NCBI GenBank assembly: GCA_039621445.1 | Contig: CP154954.1 | Location: 33,825,737 to 33,889,736 of the forward strand | Reading direction: 5' to 3' | Length of the DNA: 64,000 nt | Origin: Euglena gracilis | Taxonomy: Eukaryota | Shown: positions 53,511-64,000 of the stretch, in pieces | Layout: each line of letters opens with the position of its first letter | How positions within the stretch are numbered: the first letter of the stretch is position 1 | Made by a program: the position numbers and the translations under genes | The notes under the pieces: generated by a model | What the model saw: only the letters and a program-made list of their open reading frames with translations | Told to the model about the DNA's origin: nothing | Database searches by the model: none

Positions 53511-55680
53511 CTATCCGGCTACGTCGGCCCCTCCTAGCTCAAACTACACGCCAGCTGGAGGAGGTTGTACATTTGGTCCTTGAAAAGGGACCACCCATTG
53601 GTGTTGACCTGAATACCAACAAATGCACCCTTTGGGGGCCAGCCTTCCAACCCGACCGTTTTCTCTTCCTGGAGGGGTTGCAACGCATCCCCGTAACTCC
53701 ATACATTCCTGGTTCCGGAATCAAGTCCCTCGGGGTTCCAATTTGCCATCCGGAGGACGGGACATTTGCCGAACGTGTGTGGTTTGGGCGGTGCGAAGAA
53801 GCTATGAAGGCGTGTTCAGCCTTGCAGAAGGTGCCTTCTGCGCACATCCACTTCACCATTCTAAGGCTGTGTCTGGACGCGTGCAAGGTTAACGACCTGT
53901 TGAGGACTACCCCAATTGGCCTTGCAACCATGCAGTGCACGCTGCTAAGCAAAACCCTGCGGAATACCGCCAGCATCATTGTCGGGCGGTTGCTGGAAGA
54001 GGACCAGTGGCGCCAGGCCACCTTGCCTGTCCGGTTGGGTGGGTTGGGCATCCGGGACCCTACCACGGAGCGCCCGATCGCCAGGTGGGCCGCCACACTT
54101 GACTTTCTTGTTCGCGGCGACCGCGTCCTCGACTTGCCACCCATCTGTGGGATGAACCCCCTACCTTCGGAATTTACCGCCCAGGTGGAGGCCATCAAGG
54201 GTCTATGTGAGCTCCCACCGATTGCAAAGGCCTTTGTTGAGGACCCAAAAAGTCCGGAGATGCTGCCTCAAGAAATGACGGCACAGAAATTCTGGGGACA
54301 ACAGTGTGCAAAAGCCCGACAGCAAGCTCTGTACAACTCACTCACGGGTAGCGATAAACTGAAAATGGCATGTCAGATGAAGCCACATGCTATGGCTTGG
54401 GCCTCCGTTACGCCGTCAGCCGCCACAAGGACGCTCATACCAACAAGGGAATTCCAGGCCCTGATGCAATGGTCCCTGGGTGCTCCGGTTGTTTCGCCTT
54501 CAGATGCCTGTCCCGGGTGCCCTCGGTGCCACAACCCCTTGGACGCAAGAGGCCATCACCTCGTTTGTTGCCACCGGAACAACATTGTTCGGCGACACGG
54601 GGCGGTGCAGTCCTACATCCTTGGGCTGGCCCAAAAGGCAGGTTTCCCGGCCAGAAGAGAGGAGAGTTGCCCTGATGGTTCCCGCCCGGGCGACGTATTT
54701 GTGATGCGATATGATGCAAACGGTCCGGCGGCAATCGATGTGACCGTTCGCCACCCCCTTGCACCTTCCCGCGTACGGCCAGGATTGGAAGACCTTGGGA
54801 AATGGCATGAGAGCCAGGAGGAAGACAAAATCAAAAAGTATGGAGACGGTTGTAAGCGCAGAGGGTGGACGTTCATCCCCTTTGTCCTCGATTGCTACGG
54901 AGGAATGGGGGAGGCAGCGCTTGCCTTTGTTGGAAACTGTGTTCACTTGCTTGCGGGACAACATGACGCATGGGAGAGGCGAGCAGCGGAGGCAAACTGC
55001 TGGCAGGGCCTCAGCATGGCCCTTGCCAGAGAACTGGCGAAACAGCTCGTGTGGGGCCAATGCCCTGACGACCTCAACGAAGGAGGTGGCATGGACACTC
55101 ACCACCCATACAGCACATGAGCTACCCCTTCGGGCTCCACTATCCCGAAGCAACCCCTCCGCCTCCGGCGGTGCTTCCTGAACTAGCGGAGGCCCGGAAA
55201 CGGCCCGCCACGCACAGCCAAGGGGGCAGCGAATCGGGACCATGCCATGATATATAAGGAATGCCCCCTGCAACAACCAAGAACCAATGCAGCACGTCGG
55301 AGCTGCAACGACGCCCCCGAGGAGCCGCAGGGCGTGAAAGACAGCTGAAGCCGGAATCACCGGCCCACCCGTCATCAACACCCAGACCTTAAACGGCACC
55401 GAGCCCTGCCACCTCCCCATTGCCTGCCCAACCACTCTGACTCACGTGGACGAAGAACTCCGGAAGCTGATCAACAGCGGCCTCACCTCGCGCCTTATAC
55501 TGTTCTCTTTGCTCGCCCCTTTTACCTTCCCTCCCTTCACCAGCGTGCACAGACTGTTGCCTCTGTACATAGCCTTACTCCCCTGAACTCTTCAAATCCA
55601 GTAGGCTGTGCCACTGGTCGGTGGATTCGGTTCGCCCCACCACCGTTCGGCAGGTTGCATTCCCAATCAAAAAAAAAAAA
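53511..55680 (+). mobile_element. Element D: 5'-truncated CRE-like non-LTR retrotransposon; ORF remnant to 55120, 3' UTR, poly(A)
   Basis: LNTNKC, QATLPVRLGGLG, CPRC..HHLVCC, RRH, RPGD..AIDVTVRHP, PFVLDCYGGMG; A12 tail at 55669-55680. Confidence 0.9.
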
Positions 55681-58600
55681 GCTCAAACACAAACCCGTTG
55701 CCAATGCCCCCACCAGGGTGCCTCGGCCGTCCACGCTTCTTCACACCCCTCCGTCCCACTCCCCTCTTCACCGCACCAACCCCTCGGGAATGGCACTCCT
55801 GTGTCTCTCCCGTGCCCAGATATGCAGCCCGATCTGCAGGTGGTTCTCTCCACCAACTGCCCCACTCTTCGCCGTATCCCACTGCCAAGTCGTCACGCAA
55901 TTTGTGACGCCCTTGCATCCTCCATTCAGACCTTTCTCCAAGCCCAAACCTGGGAAGCTCTACACCGCCTGTTCATTTTTCCGAAACTCGTTCTTGGTGC
56001 CCCTCCCAAAACCTCGTCTTCCCACCAACACACATTGCATTGCCTCCTGGAAAAGAGACTGGCACAGTGGCACGCAGGAGAGTTTGCCGCTCTGTTTGAT
56101 CCGCTTCGCTCTGACAGACGGCGAAAGCGGCCCACCACCCGCGCCAACCCCTCTGGCTCTACTTCTGACTCTGTGGCACGTGGTCTTATGGACCGGGTGC
56201 GCGGACTCGTTGAAGAAGGGGCCCTCGGCAAGGCCGTGGACGCTCTCACCTCTTTGCCCCTGGCATCGCCCGGGGATCCAGCAGTGATGCAGAAGCTCAT
56301 TTCGCTCCATCCACAGGGGTCTCCATTACGAGCCAGTTTGCCGCTGCCTGGGGCAGGCAATTCTCCACAAACTACTGCCTTCAACTGGTCTTCAATTGTG
56401 CAAGAAGCTGCAGCCTCTTTCCCCCGTGGCAGCGCCCCCGGCCCACCTGGTCTCCGTCCACAACACCTTCGGGACTTGTTGGACCGTGAGGCCGGGACAG
56501 GCCCGCTACACAGCCTTGGGGTCCCTGGCTCAGAAGGCCTGGGAGGGCTCTTTGCCAGCAAAAGCCTCGATCTTTTTTGGTACGTCAAACCTGATCCCAC
56601 TTACCAAAAAGGATGGCGGTCTACGGCCGATCGCCGTGGGGGATTGCCTGCGGCGCTTCATTGGGAAAATTCTGTTGCGACACCCGCAGTGCAAAGCGGA
56701 AACGTCTCAGCTGTTCCCGCAGCAATTGGGAGTGGGGGTGCGCTACGGTGCGGAGACAGTCGGGTTGGCGGTACAGGCCGCACTGGCGTCTCTGCCAGTG
56801 GATGGCGATTGGGTGGTTTTCCAGGCCGACGTTTCCAACGCCTTCAACACCATTGATCGATCCGCGTTCCTGCAGGCATCCCTGGACCTCTGCCCGTCCC
56901 TTTACAACTGGCTCCGATTCTCCTACGGAGAAGACGTCCCACTTCTTTGCCAGGGTGATGTGCTGTGTCACAGCAGGACCGGTGTCCATCAAGGGGACAC
57001 ATGTGGGCCCATTGCCTTTGCCTTGGGTCTCCATCAGGCGCTGCAACAGGCTTCGGCCAATTTGCCCAACACGGTGTGGCAGGCGTGGTACTTGGACGAC
57101 GGTACTGTCATCGGCCCTGCCGTTGATGTTCTGCCTTTCACGGCTTCTCTGGCCACGGCACTTGGCAGCGTTGGGCTCCACCTCAACCCCTCCAAGTGTG
57201 CCTTATGGGGACCAGGTGTACCCTGTGCCACTCCGAAACCCCCGGCTCTTCAGATCCTGCCTCCCGACCACCTTGCACAAAACTTCCCGGTCACCCCATG
57301 GGGACCGGGCAGTGGCATCCTGTGCCTAGGGGTACCTTGCGACTATCCTGGTGACTGCACCTTTTCTGACACCACGTGGGCCAAGGCATCCGAAAAATTT
57401 CAAGCTACCATCTCGCGCCTCCAACAACTGCCGGATCCCCAACTCCAACATTGTTTGCTGCGCAACTGTCTGGATGGCTGCCGCGTCACGCACCTTCTGC
57501 GTCAGACAAACATTTCCTCCGGGACGCACAGTGTGCAAGTGATCTCCGACTCCATCCGGAGTGCTGCCTGTGACATTGTGGCGGCACCCCTGTCTACCTT
57601 GCATTGGAAACAAATCACCTTGCCGTGCAATAAGACAGGGTGGGGCATCACAGACCCCCAGTTGGAAAGACCAGCTGCCCGTTGGGCTGCTTGCGTGGGT
57701 TTTTCCCAACGAGCGCCCGGCTTCAATATCCCTCCGCCCTGGCGCATGCTCCCGCTACCAGATACCATCCCCGTCGCCCAACTGGCTCGTGACACCTTGG
57801 GCCCGCACAGCGAACCATTGGCTTCCTGGATCGCCAACCCTTCTTCCTTGGCCTGTTCCACCCCAGATCACTCCACTCAATCGTGGTGGGCCGAACGTTT
57901 CCACGCCGTTCGCGTGGCAACTTTGGAGGACGGTGCACCTCTTCGGGACATTGCCAGGCTTCGTTGCCAGTCCTCTGCCTTCCTTCAAAATTGGATGACC
58001 GTCTTACCATCCAGGTCGGTGAATACCGTCCTAGCTCCGGACGAATACAGACTGCTTCTACGCTTCTGGACTGGCTTACCCCTGATCCCAACAACGGACA
58101 TGCTTCTGTGCCCCCTGTGTGCTGAGGCAGTCGATCCATTTGGCGATCACCTCCTGGCTTGCAGAAGGAATGGCATAACAGAAAGGCACAACTGTGTTCG
58201 TGACGCCATTTTTGACCTGTGCCAACGCGCAGGCATCACTCTTCGCAAAGAACAGGGATGCGAGGGTGGCACCCGTGACGCTGATCTCCTCCTCCTGGGG
58301 TGGAACAAAGGGAAGCATCTCGCTGTTGATGTCACCATTGAACACCCGCTGGCCCCATCACGGTGGCCTCTGAACTTGACCCGAGTTCAGCGTACTCTAC
58401 CAGACGCTGAAATGCACAAGAGAACACAAGCTGAAGAACGGTGCGCCCGCCACCAGTGGGAGTACATTGGGGCTGCATTTAACCCCTGGGGGTGCACAGG
58501 ACCGGCAGCCTCCAAACTCCTACGCGATGTCCTACGCCTCGCGACCAATTCATATTCTGGAACAGCCAAACAACGAAAATTTCAGGAATTAACCGAAAAC

Positions 58601-58862
58601 TTGGCCATCACACTGGCCCGTGCAGTTGCACGGCAGCTGCGGTTGGCCGAAAGAGCCACAGATCGTATGATCCTGAACTAGTAAGGTGAAAATGCTCCCC
58701 GTTGCACCAGCCTTCCGGAGCCACAAAGCCGGAGAACACCGCGCATGCACACTTCACACCTCTCCACCCATTACTCTCTGCTTGGGCTTTGCCCTTGCTC
58801 TCACCGCTCGACCCACACTCCTTCGTTGTATATAGCCTCGCACCCTCGAACACTCAAAATCC
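55681..58862 (+). mobile_element. Element E: 5'-truncated CRE-like non-LTR retrotransposon; RT-endonuclease ORF with one frameshift near 56510, ending at 58681
   Basis: ORFs 55621-56856 and 56396-58681 together give complete RT motifs (YLDD at 57089-57100), CPLC..DHLLAC, RHN, RDAD..D. Relative to element B a CA dinucleotide is missing at the frameshift. Confidence 0.92.
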
Positions 58863-59461
58863 GAAGTCCTGTGCGGGTGAGAGTAATGCACATAGCAAGT
58901 TCTCAAGGTGGGAGGGGGGAGAGGCGAGGGTGAAGTAGAACGGCGGTGAAGGGCACAGTTCGGAGGGGGGATAGCGAGTGTGAGAGGAAAGTGTACAGCG
59001 GCAGGGAAGGTTCAATGGAACGGCCATGGGGACTGTTGGGTGTTGAGGTTGTGGCTGCGACAAGTTTTGGTTTTGGGGAGTTGGCGCAGGGAAGGCTCTG
59101 TTTTCGGTGAGGTAAGGGTTTGGACGTCTTTGTAGACTTGGTCCATTCGTTGCAAGGTGTGATTTGCTTGTTTTTTGGTTTAATTAGTCTCGTGGTTGGT
59201 TATGCGTACGGTTGGTGTGTCATGGCGTCTTCGGCCCTGTGGTCAAATTGCTCACTCCGTTTCATATGGGCAATGGGTGGTGGGATCCACCGTTCCAGAT
59301 GGCTCCGCCACTGTTCCTCAAGTCAGCTGGCGGGCCACTTCTCTTGCCAATGTGAGACACAGGTTGCTGATGGTTGGGTACTGTTGTTTTCTTTTTTGAC
59401 GAGTTGTGGATGGTTTAAGGACAATTGTTTGTTCTGGGTCTAGGGGTCGTAGTGGTCTTCT

Positions 59462-62173
59462 TTACAGACAATACGGCTGGTGTATGGTGTTGGTTACTTC
59501 TGGATCTGTGTCGTTGCCTGCATACCGTCCCCAGATTACTTGTCGCGCGATCTCTCGCGCAATAGTTATTGATAGAAGTTGCCATGTGTCGGCTTCAGTT
59601 TTGCCTTTTGACCATGCATCTTGTTGACCGAGGAGAAGTTTCATCAGTGTTGACATTAAGGTTAGCGCTTCTTGGCCTAGGCCGCCATAGCAGTCAACAA
59701 CAAATGGAATGCAGGTCCATCCCATCCTCCCACAGGTGGCGTCATATTTTGAATGTTTTTCCTTCTCTTGGCGTTCATACCATTCAGTTAGTTCAGCTGT
59801 GTCACGCAACGGTCTGTACGGTGCTGCTGTGTGTCTCACTGTGATATCCACTGCTCCAGGACCATTGGCGTCAAGTCTGCTGATGAGGACATCGCCCGGG
59901 CGTGTTCTCTCTGGACCTCCTTGTTCTTTTTTTGCAGTAAATCCAGCATCATGTGCCAGTTGGAACACAAAGTCCTGGATTGCACCATGTCGCCGCGTGA
60001 TGCCATTTGAGCTGCAGCATACAAGGTGATTACCCAGGTTGTCCATTGGCTTGGTGCAGCGTGGGCACGTTGATCCCGTTGGTGGACAAACTGGTGCACC
60101 CAGTGACCACTTTAGAAATCCTTTGAATTCGGCAGAAGCGACCAATGTTTTCAGTCCAGAGGATGGTGTGACAGAAGCCCAGGCCATTGCGTGGGGCTGC
60201 TGTTGGCTTGCGAACCGGACGGCGTCTTGACCGTGAAGGTTAGAGGATAATACTTTTTGTCGTTGTTTCGCAAAGCATTCACCCCACCACTTCTGTTGAA
60301 TGTGAGGGCTTTGGGCTTCGTTCAGCAGTGATACATCCGCGGCCCATGTTTGCGTTGGGGGAGTTCCTTCGAGGATGGAGTTGGCAGAGGACAGGCACTC
60401 CGCAGTGTCTTTCGGTACTCCTCGGTCTGCCAGGCCCAGGGTGCGTCTGCCATTGCTGACAAACGTCACAATGCCGGATATACGTGCTGGGAGACGTTCC
60501 AGTGATGGGTCCCGAATTCCGAGTCCGCCATGACGCACGGGTAGGGTGGCCTGAGCCCATTGGTTGTCATCGATTGGGGATCCAACAATGTTGCTCATTG
60601 TGTTCCTGATTTCTTTGGTCAACAGAGCACATGCGTCATTTGGCTGCCCCAGTTCTGTTGCACGCATGAGGTCATTAACTTTGCATGCATCTAGGCAGGT
60701 TCGTAAGAGACAGAACTGAATATGGGCTTGCGGCAGGTTCAAAAGGGCCCGGCAAGCTTTCTGCACACCTGTTGCACGTTCAGCCCACACTTCCCCCGCA
60801 AAGCCACCGCTTTGTGGATGGCATACCGAGATTCCCAGGGCCCGTATACCAGAATTAGGGGAGTAGTTCACGATTGGGACTGCACGAAGTGGGCTGTTTG
60901 ACGGCATTTCACCACGATTGGCTTCTGTTTCTGCAGGGCCCCACATGCGGCATTTTTTTGCGTTGAGGTGTATGCCTAGTAGCGTCCCCTGTCGTTGAAT
61001 TTCTGTAATTGCTGCATGTAATTGTGGGAGGGTTCCCAGGATGTGTCCATCATCCAAATAACACAATTGCAGTGGCACCACGTCTTGCAAGGACTCGACG
61101 AGAGATTGCAACGCCAAGGCGAATCCGGCTGGGCCACAAGGGTCCCCTTGTTGTACGCCAGAGGCACTCCGAAGGTGTGATGACCCACAAAAGAGCGGGC
61201 TGTGTTCGGCGTAGCAACTCTCGAACCAAACGTACGCCTCCGGGCAGCGTTTAGCCACTTCAGCAAGGACTGTCTTTCTTTTTACGCAATTAAAAGCATT
61301 GCTGAAATCTACCTGTAACAAAGCCCAGGTGCTGTCCTGTTGCATGTGCAGGTGATTTACTTCTTGCTGCAGTCCCATAGCAATGAGTTCACATGCCCCC
61401 TGGACCCCTACACCGCATTGTAGTGGCTGCAGTTCTTTAAGGCGGTCCCTGATTTTGGGGTGCCTCATCAAATATTTGCCCACCAATCGGCGCAGGCATT
61501 CCCCAGCTGCAATTGGTCGCGTGCCATCCTTCTTTGGGTCAGGAATGGGGTTGGTATTGCCAAGCTCATCAAGGTTTTCGCTTGGATTGCAGGGTTTTCG
61601 AAGAGGAGTCAAACGGGCACCAGCGAAAATCCATGCCGCAGAGTTGTGGATTCCGTTTGTCAAACATGTTCGGACGAATTGGTCCAAAATTGTGAGGAGT
61701 TGTTCTGATTGTGTCCCCAGGGGATCAGAGAGCATGTCTTTAAGATGATCTGGACGAAGTCCAGACGGTCCTGGTGAGGACTCCTTCGGGAAAGACATGA
61801 CTGCTTTCCGTATTTCAATTAGGCGCTCCCTGGTCGCATCTTCACTGAGATCGAATTCGAGGCGAGGGAAGTCCGGAGGCAGATTTTGCCTTCCAGGTTG
61901 GGGTTCAGGAGGGTGCAAGGCAGCCAACCGTTCCAAGATTAGCGGGTCGTCTGCATCTTGGATTCCATCAGAAGTCAGCATGCGGCAGGCTTTACTGACC
62001 GCCCCATGGCTGACAAGGCTTTGAACACGGTTGCACAATCTTTCTTGGCTTTCAGCATCGAAATTTTTTGTCTGACTTCGTGTTCTCTTCTTTGGGTTTT
62101 GTGCATCGCGAATTTGGCGAGTCTCATCCCAGGTTGAGGTAGGCATTGGCTCTCTCAGTAATTTTCCGTCCAA
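59462..62173 (-). CDS. Reverse transcriptase with restriction-like endonuclease (element F)
   Basis: Uninterrupted ~900-codon frame containing all RT and RLE motifs. Confidence 0.92.
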   Translation of the reverse strand: MDGKLLREPMPTSTWDETRQIRDAQNPKKRTRSQTKNFDAESQERLCNRVQSLVSHGAVSKACRMLTSDGIQDADDPLILERLAALHPPEPQPGRQNLPPDFPRLEFDLSEDATRERLIEIRKAVMSFPKESSPGPSGLRPDHLKDMLSDPLGTQSEQLLTILDQFVRTCLTNGIHNSAAWIFAGARLTPLRKPCNPSENLDELGNTNPIPDPKKDGTRPIAAGECLRRLVGKYLMRHPKIRDRLKELQPLQCGVGVQGACELIAMGLQQEVNHLHMQQDSTWALLQVDFSNAFNCVKRKTVLAEVAKRCPEAYVWFESCYAEHSPLFCGSSHLRSASGVQQGDPCGPAGFALALQSLVESLQDVVPLQLCYLDDGHILGTLPQLHAAITEIQRQGTLLGIHLNAKKCRMWGPAETEANRGEMPSNSPLRAVPIVNYSPNSGIRALGISVCHPQSGGFAGEVWAERATGVQKACRALLNLPQAHIQFCLLRTCLDACKVNDLMRATELGQPNDACALLTKEIRNTMSNIVGSPIDDNQWAQATLPVRHGGLGIRDPSLERLPARISGIVTFVSNGRRTLGLADRGVPKDTAECLSSANSILEGTPPTQTWAADVSLLNEAQSPHIQQKWWGECFAKQRQKVLSSNLHGQDAVRFASQQQPHAMAWASVTPSSGLKTLVASAEFKGFLKWSLGAPVCPPTGSTCPRCTKPMDNLGNHLVCCSSNGITRRHGAIQDFVFQLAHDAGFTAKKEQGGPERTRPGDVLISRLDANGPGAVDITVRHTAAPYRPLRDTAELTEWYERQEKEKHSKYDATCGRMGWTCIPFVVDCYGGLGQEALTLMSTLMKLLLGQQDAWSKGKTEADTWQLLSITIAREIARQVIWGRYAGNDTDPEVTNTIHQPYCL

Positions 62174-63971
62174 CTGCAGCCCAATGGCTTTTCCCGCTCC
62201 GCTTCAATGGAGCAAGCACAGCTTTTGGGAAGCACCAAAGTGCGTGTAGGGTCTCCCATCCTGGCTTTGACACAAAGCGACTGAGGGTGCTGCAGAAGGC
62301 GAGCCCAACGTTTCGCAACGCTCCCCGTGGGATATGGACCAACGTGCCCCGAGTGTCTTGGGAAATTTCTTCCCAAGATGGCTGCATTGGTGGGCAAGGT
62401 TGCGAGAAGGGAGTGACTTGCAGCGTATCAGCGTTCATCGAGGATTGCGCTGGTGCTGGAACCACGGGGGGCTGCGGCCTTCGACCATTTTGGCATTCTT
62501 GCTCTTGCCCTTGTGGTGAGGACGGCACAAAATTCTCAATCAACCCCTGGCCCTGTGGCGCACACCCGTGAATTTCGGAAATCGCTGAGCGCACCCGGGA
62601 CTCTAGTTCGTCAATGACCATGATTTGTTCAGCTGCAGGTGCCCCGGGGCCCCCGTTCAAACTGGGAAACGGCATTATAGCCTGGGACAAAGTAGGCGAG
62701 AACAGCGGCGTTGAGTGCATTGGAAACCAAGATCCAAGGAGTGGTACCTCCGTCGGCGGCACAGCAGAGGTCTGTGCGGCTGAGGCCATTTCGACGTCCT
62801 CCTGCTGGGGAGGGCGGGTTTCTGTGGGACCTGGGTTGCTTTCAATGTCGCCACAACTGGCAAGGCTTTTGCCCCTGCCACATCGGGGAGGACTGTACCC
62901 ATACCGCGTTTTTTCCTGGTCAATCGGTTGCCGTACGTGGTTGGCGTGCCCAGGGGCCACATCTGACAACTTAGAAGGCCCTGGTTGGTTGGTTGGTCGT
63001 CGGCAATGGGGCCGGGTGCTAGGTCGCATGGATAGGGGTCCTTCACGAGGGGTTATCCGATAAATAGGTCCTGGCTCGAGGTGAACGTCACCACAAAGTG
63101 TGACATCTTGGTGTGTGGGCCTCTCGGCTATGACAGCGTTGTTACGGCCTATGTCACCTCGTTGGTGGTTTGGTCGTCTTTGTGCTGTCCGTCGTGCCCT
63201 CCGGATGTGACGGTCAACTGAAACTACTGATCTTGTCGGACGTAACAAGGCCATGATGTCCAGGATATCAACGGTGTGTACATTCAATGGGCAGAGGTCG
63301 GACGAGGAGGGCTCCGTTGGAGGTACTCTGGGGAAAGTGCCTCTCGGCCGGAGAACGTTGGGTAGTGTCATTAGGTGAATAGGGGGCAGGTAGAAGTGAA
63401 AGGCCTCGCCGATGTTGCATACTTCGGACCATAAACAGGTCAGCAACCACATAATGGCATGCACACTCGATGGGGAGTCGTGACGTGGTGGTCGATGTGG
63501 CCATAGCCCTATGAGCACAAACAGAACTCCTCTCAAAACTTCCCAACATTCGGTGAGCTCATAGACGGTAGCGTCCTCAACAAGGACATCGGAAGGGAAG
63601 GTGTCTCGGAAAGTTTGAAGTTCTGCATCCACCTCTTGAAGGCTCGCCAGCAGTCTGTGCCGAATGAAATTTTCTTGAAGTCCCCTGGAGATAGGGATTG
63701 TCGGTCTTTCCATGGTGGCCAGACGGAAGTAGATGGGCCCTGGTTGTGTTTGGACGTCACCATGGGTGGTGATTCGTTCCCCCCTTCCAGTCGGCTGGTG
63801 TCCTTCTGAAAACTTTTCCCGAGCTTGTTCTTGGGTGTATCCTCGGCTTGTTACGGAGTGTACTTTTGCTGTCTCAGTAGATGGATATACTGTGGCTGAA
63901 AAAACAGGGCAGGTTTCCCTGTGGTGCAGGCACCAACCTGCCGAGGCAGTGATGGTTTCAATGTCACACAA
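62124..63971 (-). CDS. N-terminal polyprotein region of element F with 2A-like motifs
   Basis: GDVQTQPGP (63735-63758), CGDVHLEPGP (63066-63089) and CGDIESNPGP (62826-62849), then the pre-RT helical domain (TLVHIP..LWCFPKAVL) also seen in elements B, C and E. Confidence 0.8.
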   Translation of the reverse strand: MCDIETITASAGWCLHHRETCPVFSATVYPSTETAKVHSVTSRGYTQEQAREKFSEGHQPTGRGERITTHGDVQTQPGPIYFRLATMERPTIPISRGLQENFIRHRLLASLQEVDAELQTFRDTFPSDVLVEDATVYELTECWEVLRGVLFVLIGLWPHRPPRHDSPSSVHAIMWLLTCLWSEVCNIGEAFHFYLPPIHLMTLPNVLRPRGTFPRVPPTEPSSSDLCPLNVHTVDILDIMALLRPTRSVVSVDRHIRRARRTAQRRPNHQRGDIGRNNAVIAERPTHQDVTLCGDVHLEPGPIYRITPREGPLSMRPSTRPHCRRPTNQPGPSKLSDVAPGHANHVRQPIDQEKTRYGYSPPRCGRGKSLASCGDIESNPGPTETRPPQQEDVEMASAAQTSAVPPTEVPLLGSWFPMHSTPLFSPTLSQAIMPFPSLNGGPGAPAAEQIMVIDELESRVRSAISEIHGCAPQGQGLIENFVPSSPQGQEQECQNGRRPQPPVVPAPAQSSMNADTLQVTPFSQPCPPMQPSWEEISQDTRGTLVHIPRGALRNVGLAFCSTLSRFVSKPGWETLHALWCFPKAVLAPLKRSGKSHWAAVGRKITERANAYLNLG

Positions 63972-64000
63972 AGTGCATTTCAGCCAGTATGTAGCTTTGG

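Larger units (their letters stand above)
58863..64000 (-). mobile_element. Element F: CRE-like non-LTR retrotransposon with three 2A-like motifs; continues beyond the window
   Basis: ORF 59462-62173 (SPGPSGLRP, RPIAAGE, VDFSNAFN, GVQQGDP, YLDD, CPRC..HLVCC, RPGD..D) and upstream ORF 62124-63971, joined by a frameshift near 62130. Confidence 0.92.

Noticed and set aside
55585-55650. Resemblance of TTCAAATCCAGT... to a tRNA-Sec anticodon arm, or to an HDV-like ribozyme
   Set aside because: No proper anticodon stem, D arm or acceptor stem, and I could not build an HDV P1/P2 nested pseudoknot by eye.

Overview
Eukaryotic nuclear DNA, very probably from a euglenid such as Euglena. Two lines of evidence support this: a Euglena-type spliced-leader (SL) exon at 46655-46679, and several introns with the euglenid non-conventional signature (CAG at +4..+6 pairing with CTG/CTA at -8..-6). 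Region 0.5-22 kb holds two intron-rich minus-strand host genes, a CCHC zinc-knuckle/Q-rich protein and an uncharacterised DxD-motif protein, with introns full of microsatellites and MITEs. Region 23-38 kb is repeat-rich: hairpins, tandem arrays and a TTAA-flanked element. Region 38-64 kb is a nearly continuous cluster of six CRE/SLACS-like non-LTR retrotransposon copies (RT plus restriction-like endonuclease) from about five families, one of them interrupted by a hAT-derived element carrying tRNA-like units and by a Harbinger-like element. The main candidate for a novel system is element C (46655-53510). It begins with the SL exon and encodes a polyprotein divided by three 2A ribosome-skipping peptides (one nearly identical to T2A) into an N-terminal region, a zinc-finger module, a Dam-like N6-adenine methyltransferase module and the RT-endonuclease. 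Element F uses the same multi-2A layout with different cargo. Divergent families share an identical structured 3'-terminal motif that sits at the junctions between elements. All calls come from reading the sequence by eye; no database searches were run.
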